A stretch of DNA of 64,000 nucleotides from the human T2T-CHM13v2.0 reference genome, Homo sapiens: positions 2,688,001 to 2,752,000 of the forward strand of contig CP068257.2 of assembly GCA_009914755.4 (NCBI GenBank). Direction: 5' to 3'. The position numbers and the translations under genes were made by a program. Shown here in pieces: positions 43,101-58,700 of the stretch; within the stretch, counting starts at the first letter, position 1; every line of letters begins with the position of its first letter. Under the pieces are notes generated by a model. It had not been told where the DNA came from. It ran no database searches and saw nothing but the letters and a program-made list of their open reading frames with translations.

Positions 43101-46100
43101 GCAGCGTTCTGGAATCCTATGTGAGGGACAAACCCTCAGAACCCAGCAACTGTATTCTGGAATCCTATGGAGGGACAAACATTGAGGCCACAGCAAGATT
43201 GTTCTGGAATCCTATGTGGGGGACAAACACTTCGAACACTGCAGAAGTGTTTTGGAATCCTATGTGAGGGACAAACATTCAGAGCCTCGTAGCAGTGTTC
43301 TGGAATCCTATGTGAGGGAAAAACTATCAGACCACAGGAAGAGTGTTCAGGAATCCTATGTGAGGGACTAACATTTAGATAATCAAAGCCGTGTTCTGGA
43401 ATCCTATGTGAGAGGCAAACATTCATACAATCATAGCAGTGTTCTGCAATCCTATGTGAGGGACAAAAATGCAGACAATCGTAGCAGTGTTCTGTAATCC
43501 TATGGGAGGGACAAAAATTCAGAGCCTCCCAGCAGTGTTCTGGAATCCTATGTGAGAGTCAGACATTCAGACAATCGTAGAGTGTTCTGGAATCCTATGG
43601 GAGGGATAAATATTCAAAAAACAGCGAGAGCGTCTGACATCCTACGTTTCGGACAAACATGCATACCCTCGTCGCAGTGTTCTGGAATTTATGTGAGGGA
43701 GAGACACACAGAACCCAGCAGCAGTGTTCTGGATTCCTATGTGACGGACATACATGTAGACCCCAGCAGCAGCGTTCTGGAATCCTATGTGAGGGAAAAA
43801 CATTCAGGCACCAGCAGCAGAGTTCTGGAATCCTATATGAAGGACAATCATTCAGAACCTCGTAACAGTGTTCTGGAATTCTGTGTGAGGGACAAACATT
43901 CAGACCACAGCAGGACTATTCTGGAATCCCCAGTGAGGAAGAAACATTCAGACCCTCGTAGCACTGTTCTTGAATCCTGTGTGATGGACAAACATTTAGA
44001 CCCCAGCAGCGGTGTTCTGGAATCCTATGTGTGGGACCGTCATTCAGAACCTCGTAGCGTGTTCTGGAATCCGGTGTGATGCAGAAACATTCAGATCACA
44101 ACAGTAGTGTTCTGGATCTGATGTTTCTACAAACACTCAGAACACAGCAGGAGTGTTTTGGAATCCTATATGAGGGAAAAACATTCAGACCCTCGTAGCA
44201 GTGTTCTGGAATCCTATCTAAGGGACAAACATTCAGACAATCGTAGGAGTGTTCTGGAATCCGATGTCAGGGACAAACATTCAGACTCTTGTATCAGTGT
44301 TCTGGAATCCTACGTGAAAGACAAACATTCAAACAATCGCAGCAGTGTTCTGGAATCCTATGTGAGGGACAAATATTCAGGCCCTCGTAGCAGTGTACTG
44401 GAATCCTATGTGAGGGACAAACTTTCAGACCAGAGCAGCAGTGTCCTTGAATCCTGTGTGAGAGACAAATATTGAGATCCCAGCAGGAGTGTTCTGGAAT
44501 CTTTTGTTAATGAGAAATATTCAGACTACAGCAGGAGTGTTCTGGAATCCTATGGGAGCAACAAACATTCAGACCCCAGCACCAGTGTTCTTTTGTCCTA
44601 TGTGAGAAACAAAAATTCAGATGCTCGCAGCAGTGTTCTGAAATCCTATGTGAGGGAAAAACATTCAGAACCTCGTAGCAGTGTTTTGGAATCCTATGGG
44701 AGGACAAAAAATCAGACACTCCTACTAGTGCTCTGGAATCCTATGGGAGGACAAAAAATCAGACACTCCTACTAGTGCTCTGGAAACCTATGTGAGGGAC
44801 AAACATTCAGACCACAGCAGGAGTGTTCTGGAATCGCCTGTGAGGGAGAAACATTCAGACCCTCATAGCTGTGTTCTGGAATCCAATGTGACGGACAAAG
44901 ATTTAGACCCCAGCAGCAGTGTTCTGGAATCCTATGTGATGGACAGACATTCAGACAATCGTAGCAGTGTTCTGGAATCCTATGTGAGGGACAAACATTC
45001 AGAACCCAGCAGCAGTGTTCTGGAATCCTATGTGAGGAACAAACATTCAAACAAACAACAGCGGGAGTGTTCGGGAATCTTATGTTATGGACAAACATTC
45101 AGACCATCATCGCAGTTTTCCGGAATTCTATGTGACGGAGAAAGACTCAGAACTCCGCAGCAGTGTTCTGGTATTCTATGCGATGGACATACATGCAGAC
45201 CTCAGCAGCAGTGTTCTGGACTCGTATGTGAGGGACAAACATTCAGACCCCAGCAGCAGTCTTCTGAAATCCTACATGAGAGACAATCATTCAGCCCCTC
45301 GTTGCATTGTTCTGGAATTCTGTGTGAGGGGAAAACTTTCAGACAATCATGGCAGTGTTCCAGAATCCTACGTGAGGGTCAAACTTTCAGAACACAGAAG
45401 GAGTGATCTGGAATCCCCTGTGAGGAATAAACATTCAGAACCCTGTAGCAGTAACCTGGAATCCGATGTGATGGACAAACCTTTAGACCCCAGCAGCATT
45501 GATCTGGAATCCTATTTGAGGGACAATCATTCAGACCCTCTCAGCAGTATTCTGTCATCCTATGTGCGGGAGAAACATTCAGACCACAGCAGGGGTGTTC
45601 TGTAATAATATGTGACAAACATTTCGATCCTCACAGAAGTGTTCTGGAATATTATATGAGGGACAAAGGTTCAGACAATTGTAGCAGTGTTCTGGAATCC
45701 TATGTGAGGGACAAACATTCAGAACCTAGAAGCAGTGTTCTAGAATCCTATACGAGGGACAAACGTTCAAACAACAGCAGGAGTGTTCTGGAGTCCTATG
45801 TTATGGACAAACATTCAGACCCTAGCAGAAGTGTTCTGGAATCCCATGTGACAGACAAACACTCAAACAAGAGCGGGAGTGGTCTGGAATCCTATGTTAG
45901 GATCATACATTCAGACCCCTGTTGCAGTGTTCTGGAATTCTATGTGTGGGAGAAACACTCAGAACCAGCAGCAGTGTTCTGGCATCCAATGTGAGGGACA
46001 CACGAGTAGACTGCAGCAGCAGTGTTCTGGAATCCTATGTGAGGGACAAACATTCAGACCCCAGCAGCAGTGTTCTGGAATACTATATGAGGCACATTCA

Positions 46101-46474
46101 TTCAGACCCTCATTGCAGTGATCTGGAATCCTATGTGAGGGACAAACAGAACACAGCAGGAGTGTTTTGGAATACCCTGTGAGGAACAAATATTCAGACC
46201 CTCGTCGCAGTGTTCTGGAATCCGATGTGAGGGACCAAAAATCAGACAATCGTAGAAGTGTTCTGAAATCCTATCTGAGGGACAAACATTCAGACCCTTG
46301 TAGCAGTGTTCTGGAATCCTGTGTGAGGGAGAAACATTCAGACAACCGTAGAACTGTTCTGGAATGTGAGTGACAAATATTCAGTCCCCAGCAGCAGTGT
46401 TCTGGAATCTTATGTGAGGGAAAAACATTCAAAAAACAGCGGAAGTTTTCTGGAATCCTACGTTAGAAACATAA

Positions 46475-46517
46475 ATTCCAAGTATAATAATAATCGAAAT
46501 AATATAACATAAAAAGA
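46475..46517. other. 42-bp AT-rich non-satellite micro-insertion inside one monomer, flanked by 8-bp direct repeats GAAACATA
   Basis: The sequence is ...ggaatcctacgttaGAAACATA|aattccaagtataataataatcgaaataatataacataaaaa|GAAACATAcattcagaccctcg.... Without the insert and one repeat copy, the monomer is intact. Confidence 0.7.
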
Positions 46518-49500
46518 AACATACATTCAGACCCTCGATGCAGTGTTCTGGAATTCTATGTGAGGGAGAAACACTCAGAACCCGGCCTCAGTGTTCTGGA
46601 ATCTGATGTGAAAGACATACACATAGACTCCTGCAGCAGTGTTCTGGAGTCCTATGTGGGGGACAAACATTAAGACCCCAGAAGCAGTGTTCTGGAATCC
46701 TACGTGAGGGACAGTCAATCAGACCCTCGTAGTAGTGTTCTGGAATTCTGTGTGAGGGACAAACATTCAGACCCTCCTTGCAGTTTTCTGGAATTCAATG
46801 TGAGGGACAAACTTTCAGACCACAGCAGGGGTGTTGTGGAATCCCCGGTGAGGAACAAACATTGAGACACTCGTAGCAGTGTTCAGGAATCCTATGTGAT
46901 GGACAATCATTTAAACCCCAGCAGCAGTGTTCTGGAATCCTATGTGAGAGAGAAACATTCAGACACTCGTAGCAGTGTTCTGGAATCCTATGTGAGGGAC
47001 AAACACTCAGAACCCAGCTGCAGTGTTCTGGAACGCTATGTTAGGGACAAACATTCAGACCACAGCAGGATTGTTCTGGAATTCTATGTGAGGGACACAC
47101 ACTCAGAAAACAGCAGGAGTGTTTTGGAATCCAACTTGGAGGACAAATATTCAGACCCTCATAGCAGTGTTCTGGAATCCTATGTGAGGGGCAAACATTC
47201 ACATAATCGTAGCAGTGTTCTGGAATCCTATGTGAGAGAGAAACATTCAGAACTTCATAACAGTGTTCTTAAATCCAATGTGAGGGACAAACATTCAGAC
47301 TGTCGTAGCGGTGTTCTGGAATCCTATGTGAGAGACAAACCCTCAGAACACAGCAAGAGTGTTTTGGAATCCTATGTGAGAGACAAATATTCAGATCCTC
47401 ATAGCAGTGTTCTGGAATCCTATGTTAGGGACAAACATTCAGACTATCGTAGCAGTGTTCTGGAATCCTACGTGAGGGACAAATATTAAGACTATCATAG
47501 CAGTGTTCTGGAATCCTATGGGAAGGACAATCATTCAGACCCTCGTACCACTGTTCTGTAATTCCGTGTGAGGGACAAAGCTTTAAACCAAAGAAGGAGT
47601 GTTCTGGAATCCCCTGTGAGGAACAAACATTCAGACCCTCGTATCAGGGTTCTGGAATCCTATTTGACAGAGAAACATATAGACCCCAGCAACAGAGTTC
47701 TGGGGTCCAATGTGAGAAAAAAACAATCAGACCCTCGTAGCAGTGTTCTGGAATCCTATGTGGGGGACAAACATTCAGAGAATCGTAGCAGTTTTCTGGA
47801 ATGCAATGTGAGGGAAAAACATTCAGACCCCTGTTGCAGTGTTCTGGAAACCTATGTGAGGGACACACATTCAGACCACTGCATGATTGATCTGGAATCC
47901 TATGTGAAGGACAAACACTCAGAACACAGCAGGAGTGTTTTGGAATCCTATGTGAGGGACAAACATTCAGACCCTCTTAGCAGTGTTCTGGAATCCTATG
48001 CGAGGGACAAACATTGAAACAATAACTGGAGTGTTCTGAAATCCTATGTTATGGACAAACATTCAGATCCTCATTGCATTGTTATGGAATTCTATGTGAG
48101 GGAGAAACACTCAGAAACTAACAGCAGTTTTCTGGCATCCTATGTGACAGACAAACTTTTAGACCCCAGCAGCAGTGTTGTTGAATCCTATGTGAGGGAC
48201 AAAAATTAAGACCCCGGCAGGAGTGTTCTGGAATCTTTTGTGAAAGACAAACATTCAGACACAGCAGGAGTGTTCTGGAATTGTATGTTAGCAACAAACA
48301 TTCGCATTCTAGCAGCAGAGTTTTTTGGTCCTATGTGAGGCGCTAACTTCCAGACGCTCGTAGCAGTTTTCTGGAATCTTATGTGATGGAAAAACATTCA
48401 GAATCTCGTAGCAGTGCTTTGGAATCCTATGTAAGCACAAACATTCGGACCCCAGCAGCAGTGTTCTGGAATCCTATTTGAGGCACAAACATTCAGACCC
48501 TCGTAGCAGTGCTCTGGAATGCTATGTGATGGAGATCCATTCATACTACAGCAGCAGAGTTCTGGAATCTTGTGTGAGGGACAGACATTCAGACCACAGC
48601 CGGAGTGTTATGGAATCCTATATTAGGGACAAACATTCAGACCCTTGTAGCAGTTTTCTGAAACCCTATGTCAGAGAGAAACATTCGGACCTCAGCAGCA
48701 GCGTTCTAGAATCCTATATGAGGCACATTCATTCAGACCCTCGTTGCAGTGATCTGGAATCCTATGTAAGGGACAAACACTCAGAACACAGCAGGAGTGT
48801 TTTGGAATCCCCTGTGAGGAACAAACATTCAGACCCTCATAACAATGTTCTGGAATCCTATGCGAGGGACCAACATTCAGACAATCGTAGAAGTGTTCTG
48901 GAATCCTATGTGAGGGACAAACATTCAGACCCTGGTAGAAGTGTTCTGGAATCCTATGTGAGGGACAAACATTCAGAAAACCGTAGCAGTGTTCTGGAAT
49001 CCTATGTGAGGGACAAACATTCAAACAACAGCGGGAGTGTTCTGGAATCCTATGTTAGGAACGTATATTCAAACCGTCGTTGCAGTGTTCTGGAATTCTA
49101 AGTGAGGGACAAACACTCAGAACCCAGCTGCAGTCTTCTGGAACCCTGTGTGAGAGACCAACATTCAGACAATCGTAGAAGTGTTCTGGAATCCTATGTG
49201 AGGGACAGTGATTCAAACACTCGTAGCAGTGTTCTGGAATCCTATGTGAAGTACAAATACTCAGAACCCAGCAACAGTGTTCTGGAACCCTATGTGAGAT
49301 ACAAACATTCCGACCACAGCTGTATTCTTCTGGAATCCTAAGTGAGGGACAAACCTTCAGACATTTGTAGCGGTGTTCTGGAATCCTACGTGAGGGACAA
49401 ACATTCAGACAATCGTAGAAGGGTTCTGGAATTCTATGTGAGTGACAAATATTCAGAGCCCCGTAGCAGTGTTCTGGAATCCTATGTGAGGGACAAACAT

Positions 49501-52500
49501 TCAGACCCCATCAGTAGTGTACTGGAATAACATGAGAGGGACAATCATTCAGACCCTCAGAGCAGTGTTCTGGAATTCTGTGTGATGGACATGCATTAGG
49601 AACCTCGTAGTAGTGTTCTGGAATCCTGTCTGAGGGACAAACGTTCAGACCACAGCAGGAGTGTTACGGAATCCCCTGTGAGGAAGAAACATTCAGACCC
49701 TCGTAGCAATGTTCTGGAATCCTACGTGATGGACAAACATTTAGACCATAGCAGCAGTGTTCTGGAATCCTATGTGAGGTACAAACACTCAGAACCCAGC
49801 AGCAGTGTTCTGGAACCCTATGTGAGGGACAAACATTCAGACCACTGCAGGATTGTTCTGGAATCCTATGTTAGGGACAAACACTCAGAACACAGCAGGA
49901 GTGTTTTGGAATCCTATGTGAGGGACAAATTTTGAGACCCTCGCAGCAGTGTTCCAGAATCGTATGTGAGGGACAAACATTCAGACCCTCGGAGCATTGT
50001 TCTGGAATGCTATGTTAGGGACAAACATTTAGACAATCGTAGCAATGTTCTGGAATAATATGTGAGGGACAAACATTCAGACAGTCTCAGCAGTGTTCTG
50101 GAATCCTATGCGAGGGACAAACATTCAGACCTCAGCAGCAGTGTTCTGGAATCCTATGTGAGGGACAAACTTTAAAACAACAGCGAAAGTGTTCTGGAAT
50201 CCTATGTTATGAACAAACATTCAGACCCTCGTCGCAGTGTTCTGGAATTCTATGTGAGGGAGAAATACTCAGAACCCAGCAGCAAGGTTCTGGAATCATG
50301 TGAAGGACATACATATAGACTCCAGCAGCATTGTTCTGGAATCCTATGTGAGGGACAAACATTCACACCCCAGCAGCAGCGTTCTGGAATCCTATATGAG
50401 GGACAATCATTCAGATGCTTGTAGCAGTGTTCTGGAATTCTGTGTGAGGGACAAACTTTCAGATGCTCATAGCAGTGTTCTGGAATTCTGTGTGAGGGAC
50501 AAACTTTCAGACCCTCGTAGCAGTGTTCTGGAATCCTGTGTGAGGGACAAACTTTCAGATGCTCGTAGCAGTGTTCTGGAATTCTGTGTGAGGAACAAAC
50601 CTTCAGACCCTCTTAGCAGTGTTCTGGAATCATATGTGTCGGACAAACATTTAGACCTCAGCAGCACTGTTCTAGAATCCTATGTGAGGGGCAATCATTC
50701 AGACACTCGCAGCGGTGTTCAGGAATCCGATGTGAGGGACAAACACTCAGAACCCAGCAGCAGTGTTCTGGAACCCTATTTGAGGGACAAACAGTCAGAT
50801 CACAGCTGTATTGTTCTGAAATCCTATGTGAGGAACAAACATTCAGACATTCGTAACGGTGTTCTTGAATCCTACGTGAGGAACAAACATTCAGACGCCA
50901 GCAGAATTGTTTTGGAATCCTATGTAAGGGACAAACATTCAAACAACAGCGGGAGTGTTTTGGAATCCTATGTGTGGGACAAACTTTAAGACAACAGCAG
51001 GAGTCTTCTGAAATCCTATGTGAGAAACAAACATTTACAACACAGCAGCAGTGTCCTGGATTCCTATGTGAGGGGCAAATATTCAGAACCTCGTAGCAGT
51101 TTTCTGGAATCCTAGGAGAGGGACAAACTCTCACAACCCAACAGGAGTGTTCTGGGAACCTGTGTGAGGGAAAAGCATTCAGACAACAGCAGGAGTGTTC
51201 TGGAATCATATGTGAGGGAGAAACACTCATATCACAACAGGAGTGTTCTAGAATCCCCTGTGAGGGACAAACATTCAGACCCTGGTAAGAGTGTTCCGGA
51301 AACCTATGTGAGGGGTAAGCATTTAGTTCCTCCTAGCAGTGTTCTGGAATCCTATGTGGGGGACAAACAGTCAGACCACAACAGGAGTGTACTAGAATCC
51401 CCTGTGAGGGACAAACATTCAGACCCTTGAAGCAGTGTTCTGGAATACTAGTGAGGGACAAAGATTCAGACTAGAGCAGAATTCTTCTGGAATCCTATGT
51501 GAGGAACGGATATTTAGACCACATCAGGAGTGTTCTGGAATGCTATTTGAGGGACAAACATTCAGTCCCTCTTAGCAGTGTCCTGGAATCCTTTGTGAGG
51601 GCTAACCACTCAGAACCCAGCAGCAGTGTTCTGGAATCCTATGAGAGGGACAAACATTCATACCACAGGAGGAATGTTCTGGAATCCTATGTGAGAGACA
51701 GACATTCAGACCCTGGTAGCAGTGTTCTGGAATCCTATGTGAAGGCCAAACACTCAGAAACCAGCAGCAGTGTTGTGGAATCCTATGCAAGCGACAAACA
51801 TTCAGATGCCAGAAGCATTGTTCTGGAATCCTATATGAGGGGCAAACATTCAGACCTAAGCAGGAGTGTTCTTTAATCCTATGTGATGGATAAACATTCA
51901 GACCCCTGCAGCAGTGTTCTGGATAACTATGTGTGGGAGAAACAGTCAGAAACCAGCAGAACGGTTCTGGAATCTTCTGTGATGGACAAACATTTAGAGT
52001 CTAGAAGCATTTTTAAGCAATCCTATGTGAGGGAGAAAACATCCAGACCCCAGCAGAAGTGTTCTGGAATCCTTTTTGAAGGAATAACATTTAGTCCCCA
52101 GCAGCAGTGTTCTGGAATCCTATGTGAAGGACAAACATTCAGACCCTCCTAGCAGTGTTGTGGAATCCTATGTGAGGGACAAACATACAGATCACAGCAG
52201 GAGGGTTATTGCGTCTTATGTGAGGGACAGCCAGAACCCAGCAGGGGTGTTATGGAATCCTATGTGAGGGACAAATATACAGACCACAGCAGAAGTTTTC
52301 TGGAATCCTTTGTGCAGAACAAACATTCAGACCACAGCAAAATTTTTCCAGAATCCTATGTGAGGGACAAAGCTTCAGAACCTCTTAGCAGTGCTTTTGA
52401 ATCCTATGTCAGGGACAAACTTTCAGACTCCTGTGGCAGTGTTTTAGAATTCGATGTGAAGGACAAACAATCAAAACCCAGAGGCAGTGTTCTTGGATCT

Positions 52501-52799
52501 TATGTGAAGGACAAACATTCAGACTCTCTTAGCAGTGTTCTGAAATCCTATGTGAGGGAAAAGTATTCAGACTCTCGTAGCAGTGTTCTGGAATCCGATG
52601 TGAGGGAGAAACATTCAGACCACAGAAGGAATGTTCTGGAATCCTATGTGAGTAACGTTCAGACCACAGCACGATTGTTCTGGAATCCCATGTGAGGTAC
52701 AAACATTCAGACGCCAGCAGCAGTGTTCCGAAATCCTATTGAGGGAAAAACTTTTAGACTCATGTAGCAGTGTTCTGTAATCGTACGTGAGGGACAAAC

Positions 52800-55700
52800 A
52801 CTGAGAACCCAACAGCAGTGTTCTGGAATCCTTAGTGAGGAACAAACATTCAGACCACAGCAGGAGTCTCCTGGAATCCTTTGTGAGGGAGAATAATGCA
52901 GACCATCGTAGCAGTGATCTGGAATCCTATGTGAGGGAGAAACATTCAGACTCAAGTTACAGTTTTCTGGAATCCTATTTGAGGGACAAACCCTCAGACT
53001 ACAGCAGGAATATTTTAGAATCCCATGTTAGGGAGAAACATTCAGACCACAGCAGGATTGTTCCAGAAACCAATGTAAGGCACAAACACGGAGAACACAA
53101 GAGTGTTCTGGAACCCTATATGAGGGTCAAACATTCAGACCACAGCAGTAGTGTTCTGGAATCCTATGTGAGGGAGAATAATTCAGATGGTCATAGCATT
53201 GCTCTGGAATCCTATGTGAGGGACAAACATTTAGAACCCAGTAGCAGCGTTCTGGAATCCTATTTGAGGGACAAACACTCAGAACACTACAGGGATGTTT
53301 TGGAATCCTATGTTAGGGAGAAACATTCAGATGACCACAGGATTTTTCTGGAATCCCATGTGAGGCACAAACGCTCAGACAACAGCAGGAGTGTTCTAGA
53401 ATGCCATGTGAAGGTCAACCATTCAGACCACAGCAGTAGTGTTCTAGAATTCTATGTGAGGGACAAACATTCATACCCTCGTAGCAGTGTTCTGGAATCC
53501 TACGTAAGGGACAAACACTAAGAACCCAGCAGCAGTGTTCTGGCATTCTATCTGAGGGACGGAAATTCAGACCAAAGCAGGAGTATTCTGGAATCCTATG
53601 AGAGGTACAATCATTCAGAACCTCGTAGTAATGTTCTGGAATCCTATGTGAGAGAGAAACACTCAGAACCCAGCAGTAGTGATATGGAATCCTATGTGAG
53701 GGACAATCATTCAGACCATAGATTGGGTGTTCTTGAATCCTATGTGAGGGACAAACATTCAGACCCTCATAGAAGTGTTCTGGAATCCTATGTGAGGGAC
53801 AAACACTCAGAACCCAGCAGCAGTGTTCTGGAATCGGATGTAAGGTATAACCATTCAGACCACAGCAGGAGGGTTCTGGAATCTTATGTGAGGGACAATC
53901 ATTCAGACCCTCGTAGCGGTATTCTGGAATCCTGTGTGAGGGAGAAACCCTCAGAACCCAGCGGCAGTCTTCTGTAATCCTATTTGAGGGACAATCATTC
54001 AGACCACACCTGTGGTGTTCTGGAATCCTACATGTGGGACAAACTTTCAGACCCTTGTAGCATTGTTCTGGAATGCTATGTGAGGCAAACATTCACACCC
54101 TCGTAACAGTGTTCTGGAATTCTATGTGAGGGACAAACATTTAGACCCACTTAGTAGTGTTCTGGAATCGTACGTGAGGGACAAACACTCAGAACCCAAC
54201 ATCAGTGTTCTGGAATAATAAGATAGGGACAAACATTCAGACCACAGCAGGAGTGTTCTGCAACCTTATGTGTGGGAGAATAATTCAGAACCTCGTAGCA
54301 GTGTTATGGAATCCTATGTGAGGGACAAACATTCAGACCCCAGTACCAGGGCTCTGGAATCTTATTTGAGGGACAAAGACTCAGTCCACAGCAGGAATGT
54401 TTTGGAATCCTATGTGAGAGAGAAACATTCAGATAACAGCAGAATTGTTCTGGAATCCCATGTAAGGCACAAACACCCAGACCACAGAAGGAGTGTTCTG
54501 GAATCCTATATGAGGTTCAACCATTCGGACCACAGCAGGAGTGTTCTGAAATCCTATGTGAGGAACAAACATTCAGAACACAAGAGCAGTGTTCTGGAAT
54601 CTTATGTGAGTGACAAACATTCAGAACCCAGCAACAGTGTTCTGTAATCCTGTCTGAGAGACAAACATTCATACCACAGTAGGAGTGTTCTGGAGTCCAA
54701 TGTGAGGTACAATCATTCAGAACCCAGTAGCAGTGTCCTGGTTTCCTATGTGAGGGAGAAACACTCAGAACCCAGCAGCAGTGTTATGGAATCCTATGTG
54801 AGGGACAATCATTCAGACCACAGCTGGGGTGTTCTGGAATCCTACCTGTGAGACAAACATTTAGACCCTCGCAGCATTGTTCTGCAATCCTATTTGAGGA
54901 AAATTCATTCACAATACAGCAGGAGTGTTCTGGAGTCCTATGTGCGGAAGAAACATACAGACCCTCGTAGGAGTGTTCCAGAATCCTATGTTAGGGACAA
55001 TCCTTTAGACCCAAGTAGCAGTGTTTTGGAATCCTATTTGAGGGACAAACACTCAGACCACAGCAGGAATATTTTGGAAGCCTATGTGAGGAAGAAACAT
55101 TCAGAACACAGAAGGATTGTTCTAGAATCCAACGTGAGGCACAAACAGCCAGACCACAGCACTAGTGTTCTGGAATCCTATATGACGGTCATCCTTTCAG
55201 CCCACAGCAGTAGTGTTCTGTAATCCTATTTGAGGAACAAACATTAAGACAACAGCAGGCTTATTCTGGAAACCTCGGTGAGGAGCAAACATTGAGACCA
55301 CAGCATCAGTGTTCTGGAATCTTATGTGAGGGACAAACACTCAGAACCTTGCAGCAGTGTTCTGGAATCCTATCTGAGGGACAAACATTCAGACCAGAGC
55401 AGGAGTGTTCTTTAATCCTCTGTGAAGTACAATCATTGAGACACTCGTAGCAGTGTACTGGAATCCTACGTAAGGGAGAAACACTCAAAAACCAGCAGCA
55501 GTGTTCTGGAATCCTATGTGAGGGACAATCATTCAGACCACAGCTGGGGTGTTCTGTAATCCTACGTGTGGGACAAACATTCAGACACAATTAGAATTGA
55601 TCTGGAATCGCATGTGAGGAAAACACATTCAGAACACATCAGGAATCTTTTGGAGTCCTATGTGCGGGACAACCATTCAGAGGCTTGTAGCAGTGTTCCG

Positions 55701-58700
55701 GAATCCTATGTGAGGGAGAAACCTTTAGACCCACGTAGCAGTGTTCTGGAGTCGTACGTGAGGGACAAACCCTCAGAACCCAACATCAGTGTTGCAGAAT
55801 TCTAAGTGAGGGACAAACATTCAGACCACAGCAGGAGTGTTCTGGAATCCTATGTAAGGGAGAATAATTCAGAGCCTCGTAGCAGTGTTCTGCAATCCTA
55901 TGTGAGGAACAAACATTCAGACCACAGTAACAGTGTTCTGGAATCCTATTTGAGGGACAAACACTCAGAGCACAGCAGGGATGCTTTGGAACCCTATGTG
56001 AGGGAGAAATATTCAGACCACAGCAGGATTGTTCTGGAATCCCATTGGAGGCACAAACACCCAGACCACAGCAGGAGTGTTCTGCCATCCTATGTGATGG
56101 TCAACCATTCAGACCACAGCAGCAGTGCTCGGGAATCCTAGATGAGGTACAAACATTCAGACCACAGCAGGAGTGTTCTGGAATCCTATGTGAGATACAA
56201 TGGTTCAGACCCTTGTAGCAGTGTTCTGGAATCCTATGTGATGGAGAACCACTCAGAATCCAGCAGCAGTGTTCTGGAATCCTATGTGATGGAGAAACAC
56301 TCAGAACCCAGCAGCAGTGTTCGGGAGTCCTATGTAAGGTACAATCATTCAGACCACAGCTGGGGTGTTCTGGAATCCTATATGTGGGAAAAACATTCAG
56401 ACCCCGGTAGCATTGTTCTGGAATCCTATGTGAGGAAAATACATTGAGAACACATCAGGAGTGTTCTGGAGTCCTATGTGCGGGACAAACATTCAGACCC
56501 TCTTAGCGGTATTCTGGAATCCTATGTGAGGGAAAAACATTTAGACCCACATGGGAGTGTTCTGGAATCGTTCGTGAGGGACAAACACTCAGAACCCAAC
56601 AGCAGTGTTCTGGAATCCTAATGAGGGACAAACATTCAGACCACAGCAGGAGTGCGCTGGTATCCTATGTGAGGGAGAATAATTCAAACCCTCGTGATAG
56701 TGTTCTGGATTCCTATGTGATGGACAAATATTCAGACCTCAATACCAGTGTTCTGGAATCGTATTTGAGGGACAAACACTCAGACCATAACAGGAATGTT
56801 TTGGAATCCAATGTGAGGGAGAAACATTCAGACTACTGCAGGATTGTTCTGCAATCCCATGTGAGGCACAAACACCCAGACCACAGCAGGATTGTTCTGA
56901 AATCCTATGTGATGGTCAGACATTCAGACCACAGCAGTAGTAGTCTGGAATCCTGTATGAGAGACAAACATTCAGATTACAGCAGGATTGTTCTAGAATT
57001 CTATGGAGGAACAAACATTCAAACCATATCAGCACTGTTCTGGAATCCTATGTGAAGGGACAGACACTCAGAACGCAGCAGCAGTGTTCTGGAATCCTAT
57101 TTTAGGGACAAACACCCAGACAAGAGCAGGGGTGTTCTGGAATCCTATGTGACGGTCAACCATTCAGGCCACAGCAGTAGTGCTCTGCAATCCTATGTGA
57201 GGGACAAACATTCAGACCACAGCAAGAGTGTTCTGAAATCCTATGTGAGGGACAAACATTCAGAACCCAGCACCTTTTTTCTGGAATCCTATCTGAGTGA
57301 CAAACATTCAGAACAGAGCAGGAGTGTTCTGGAATCCTATGTGAACTACAATCATTCAGACCCTCGTAGCAGTGTTCTGGAATCGTATGTGAGGGAGAAA
57401 CACTCAGAACCCAGCAGCAGTGTTCTGGAATCCTATGGGAGGGACAATCATTCAGAACACAGCTGGGGTGTTCTGGAATCCTAAGTGTGGGAAAAACATT
57501 CAGACCCTGGTAGCATTGTTCTGGAATCCCATGTGAGGAAAATACTTTCAGGAAACAGGAGGAGTGTTCTGGAGTCCTACGTGAGAGAGAAACATTCAGA
57601 CCCTCCTAGCAGTGTTCTGGAATCCTATGTGAGGGACAAATATTTAGAACCACGTAACATTGTTCTGGAATCGCACGTGAGGGACACTCAGAACCTAACA
57701 GCAGTGTTCTGGAATCCTAAGTGAGGGACAAACATTCAGACCACAACAGGAGTGCTCTGGAATCCTATCGGAGGGAGAATAATTCAGACCCTCCTGTCAG
57801 GGTTTTGGAATCCTATGTGAGGGACAAACATTCAGACCCCAGTAGCAGTGTTCTACAATCCTGTTTGAGGGACAAACACTCAGACTGCAGCAGGAATGTT
57901 TTGGAATCCTATGTGAGGGAGAAACATTCAGACCACAGAAGGATTGTTCTGGAATCCCATGTGAGACACAAACACCCTGATCACAGCAGGAGTATTCTGG
58001 AATCATATCTGAGGGTCAACCGTTGAGACCACAGCAGTAGTGTTCTGGAATCCTATATGAGAGACAAACATTCAGACCACAGCAGCATTGTTCAGGAATC
58101 CTTTGTGAGGGACAAACACTCAGAACCCAGCAGCAGTGTTCTGGAATCCTATGTGAATGACAAATATTTAGACCCTCGTCGCAGTGTTCTGGAATGCTAT
58201 GGTAGGGACAAACTCTGAAAACTCAGCAGCAGTGTTCTGGAATCCTATGTGAGGGACAATCATTCAGACCACAGCTGGGGTTTTCTGGAATCCTACATGT
58301 GCGACAAGCATTCAGACACTCATAACATTCTTCTGGAATCCTATCATAGGAAAATACATTCAGAACACAGCAAGAGTGTTCTGGAGTCCTATGTGCGAGA
58401 AAAACATTCAGACCCTCGTAGCACTGTTCTGGAATCCTACGTAACAGACAAACATATAGACCCACGTGGCAGTGTTGTGGAATTGTACCTGAGGGACAAA
58501 CACTCAGAACCCAACAGTAGTGTTCTGGAATCCTAAGTGAGGGACAAACACTCAGACCGCAGCAGGAGTGCTCTTGAATACTTAGAGGGGAACAAATATT
58601 CAGACAACAGCAGGAGTGTTCTGGAATCCTATGTGAGGGAGAATAATTTATACCCTCATAGCAGTGTTCTGGAATCCTATTTGAGGGACAAACATTCAGA

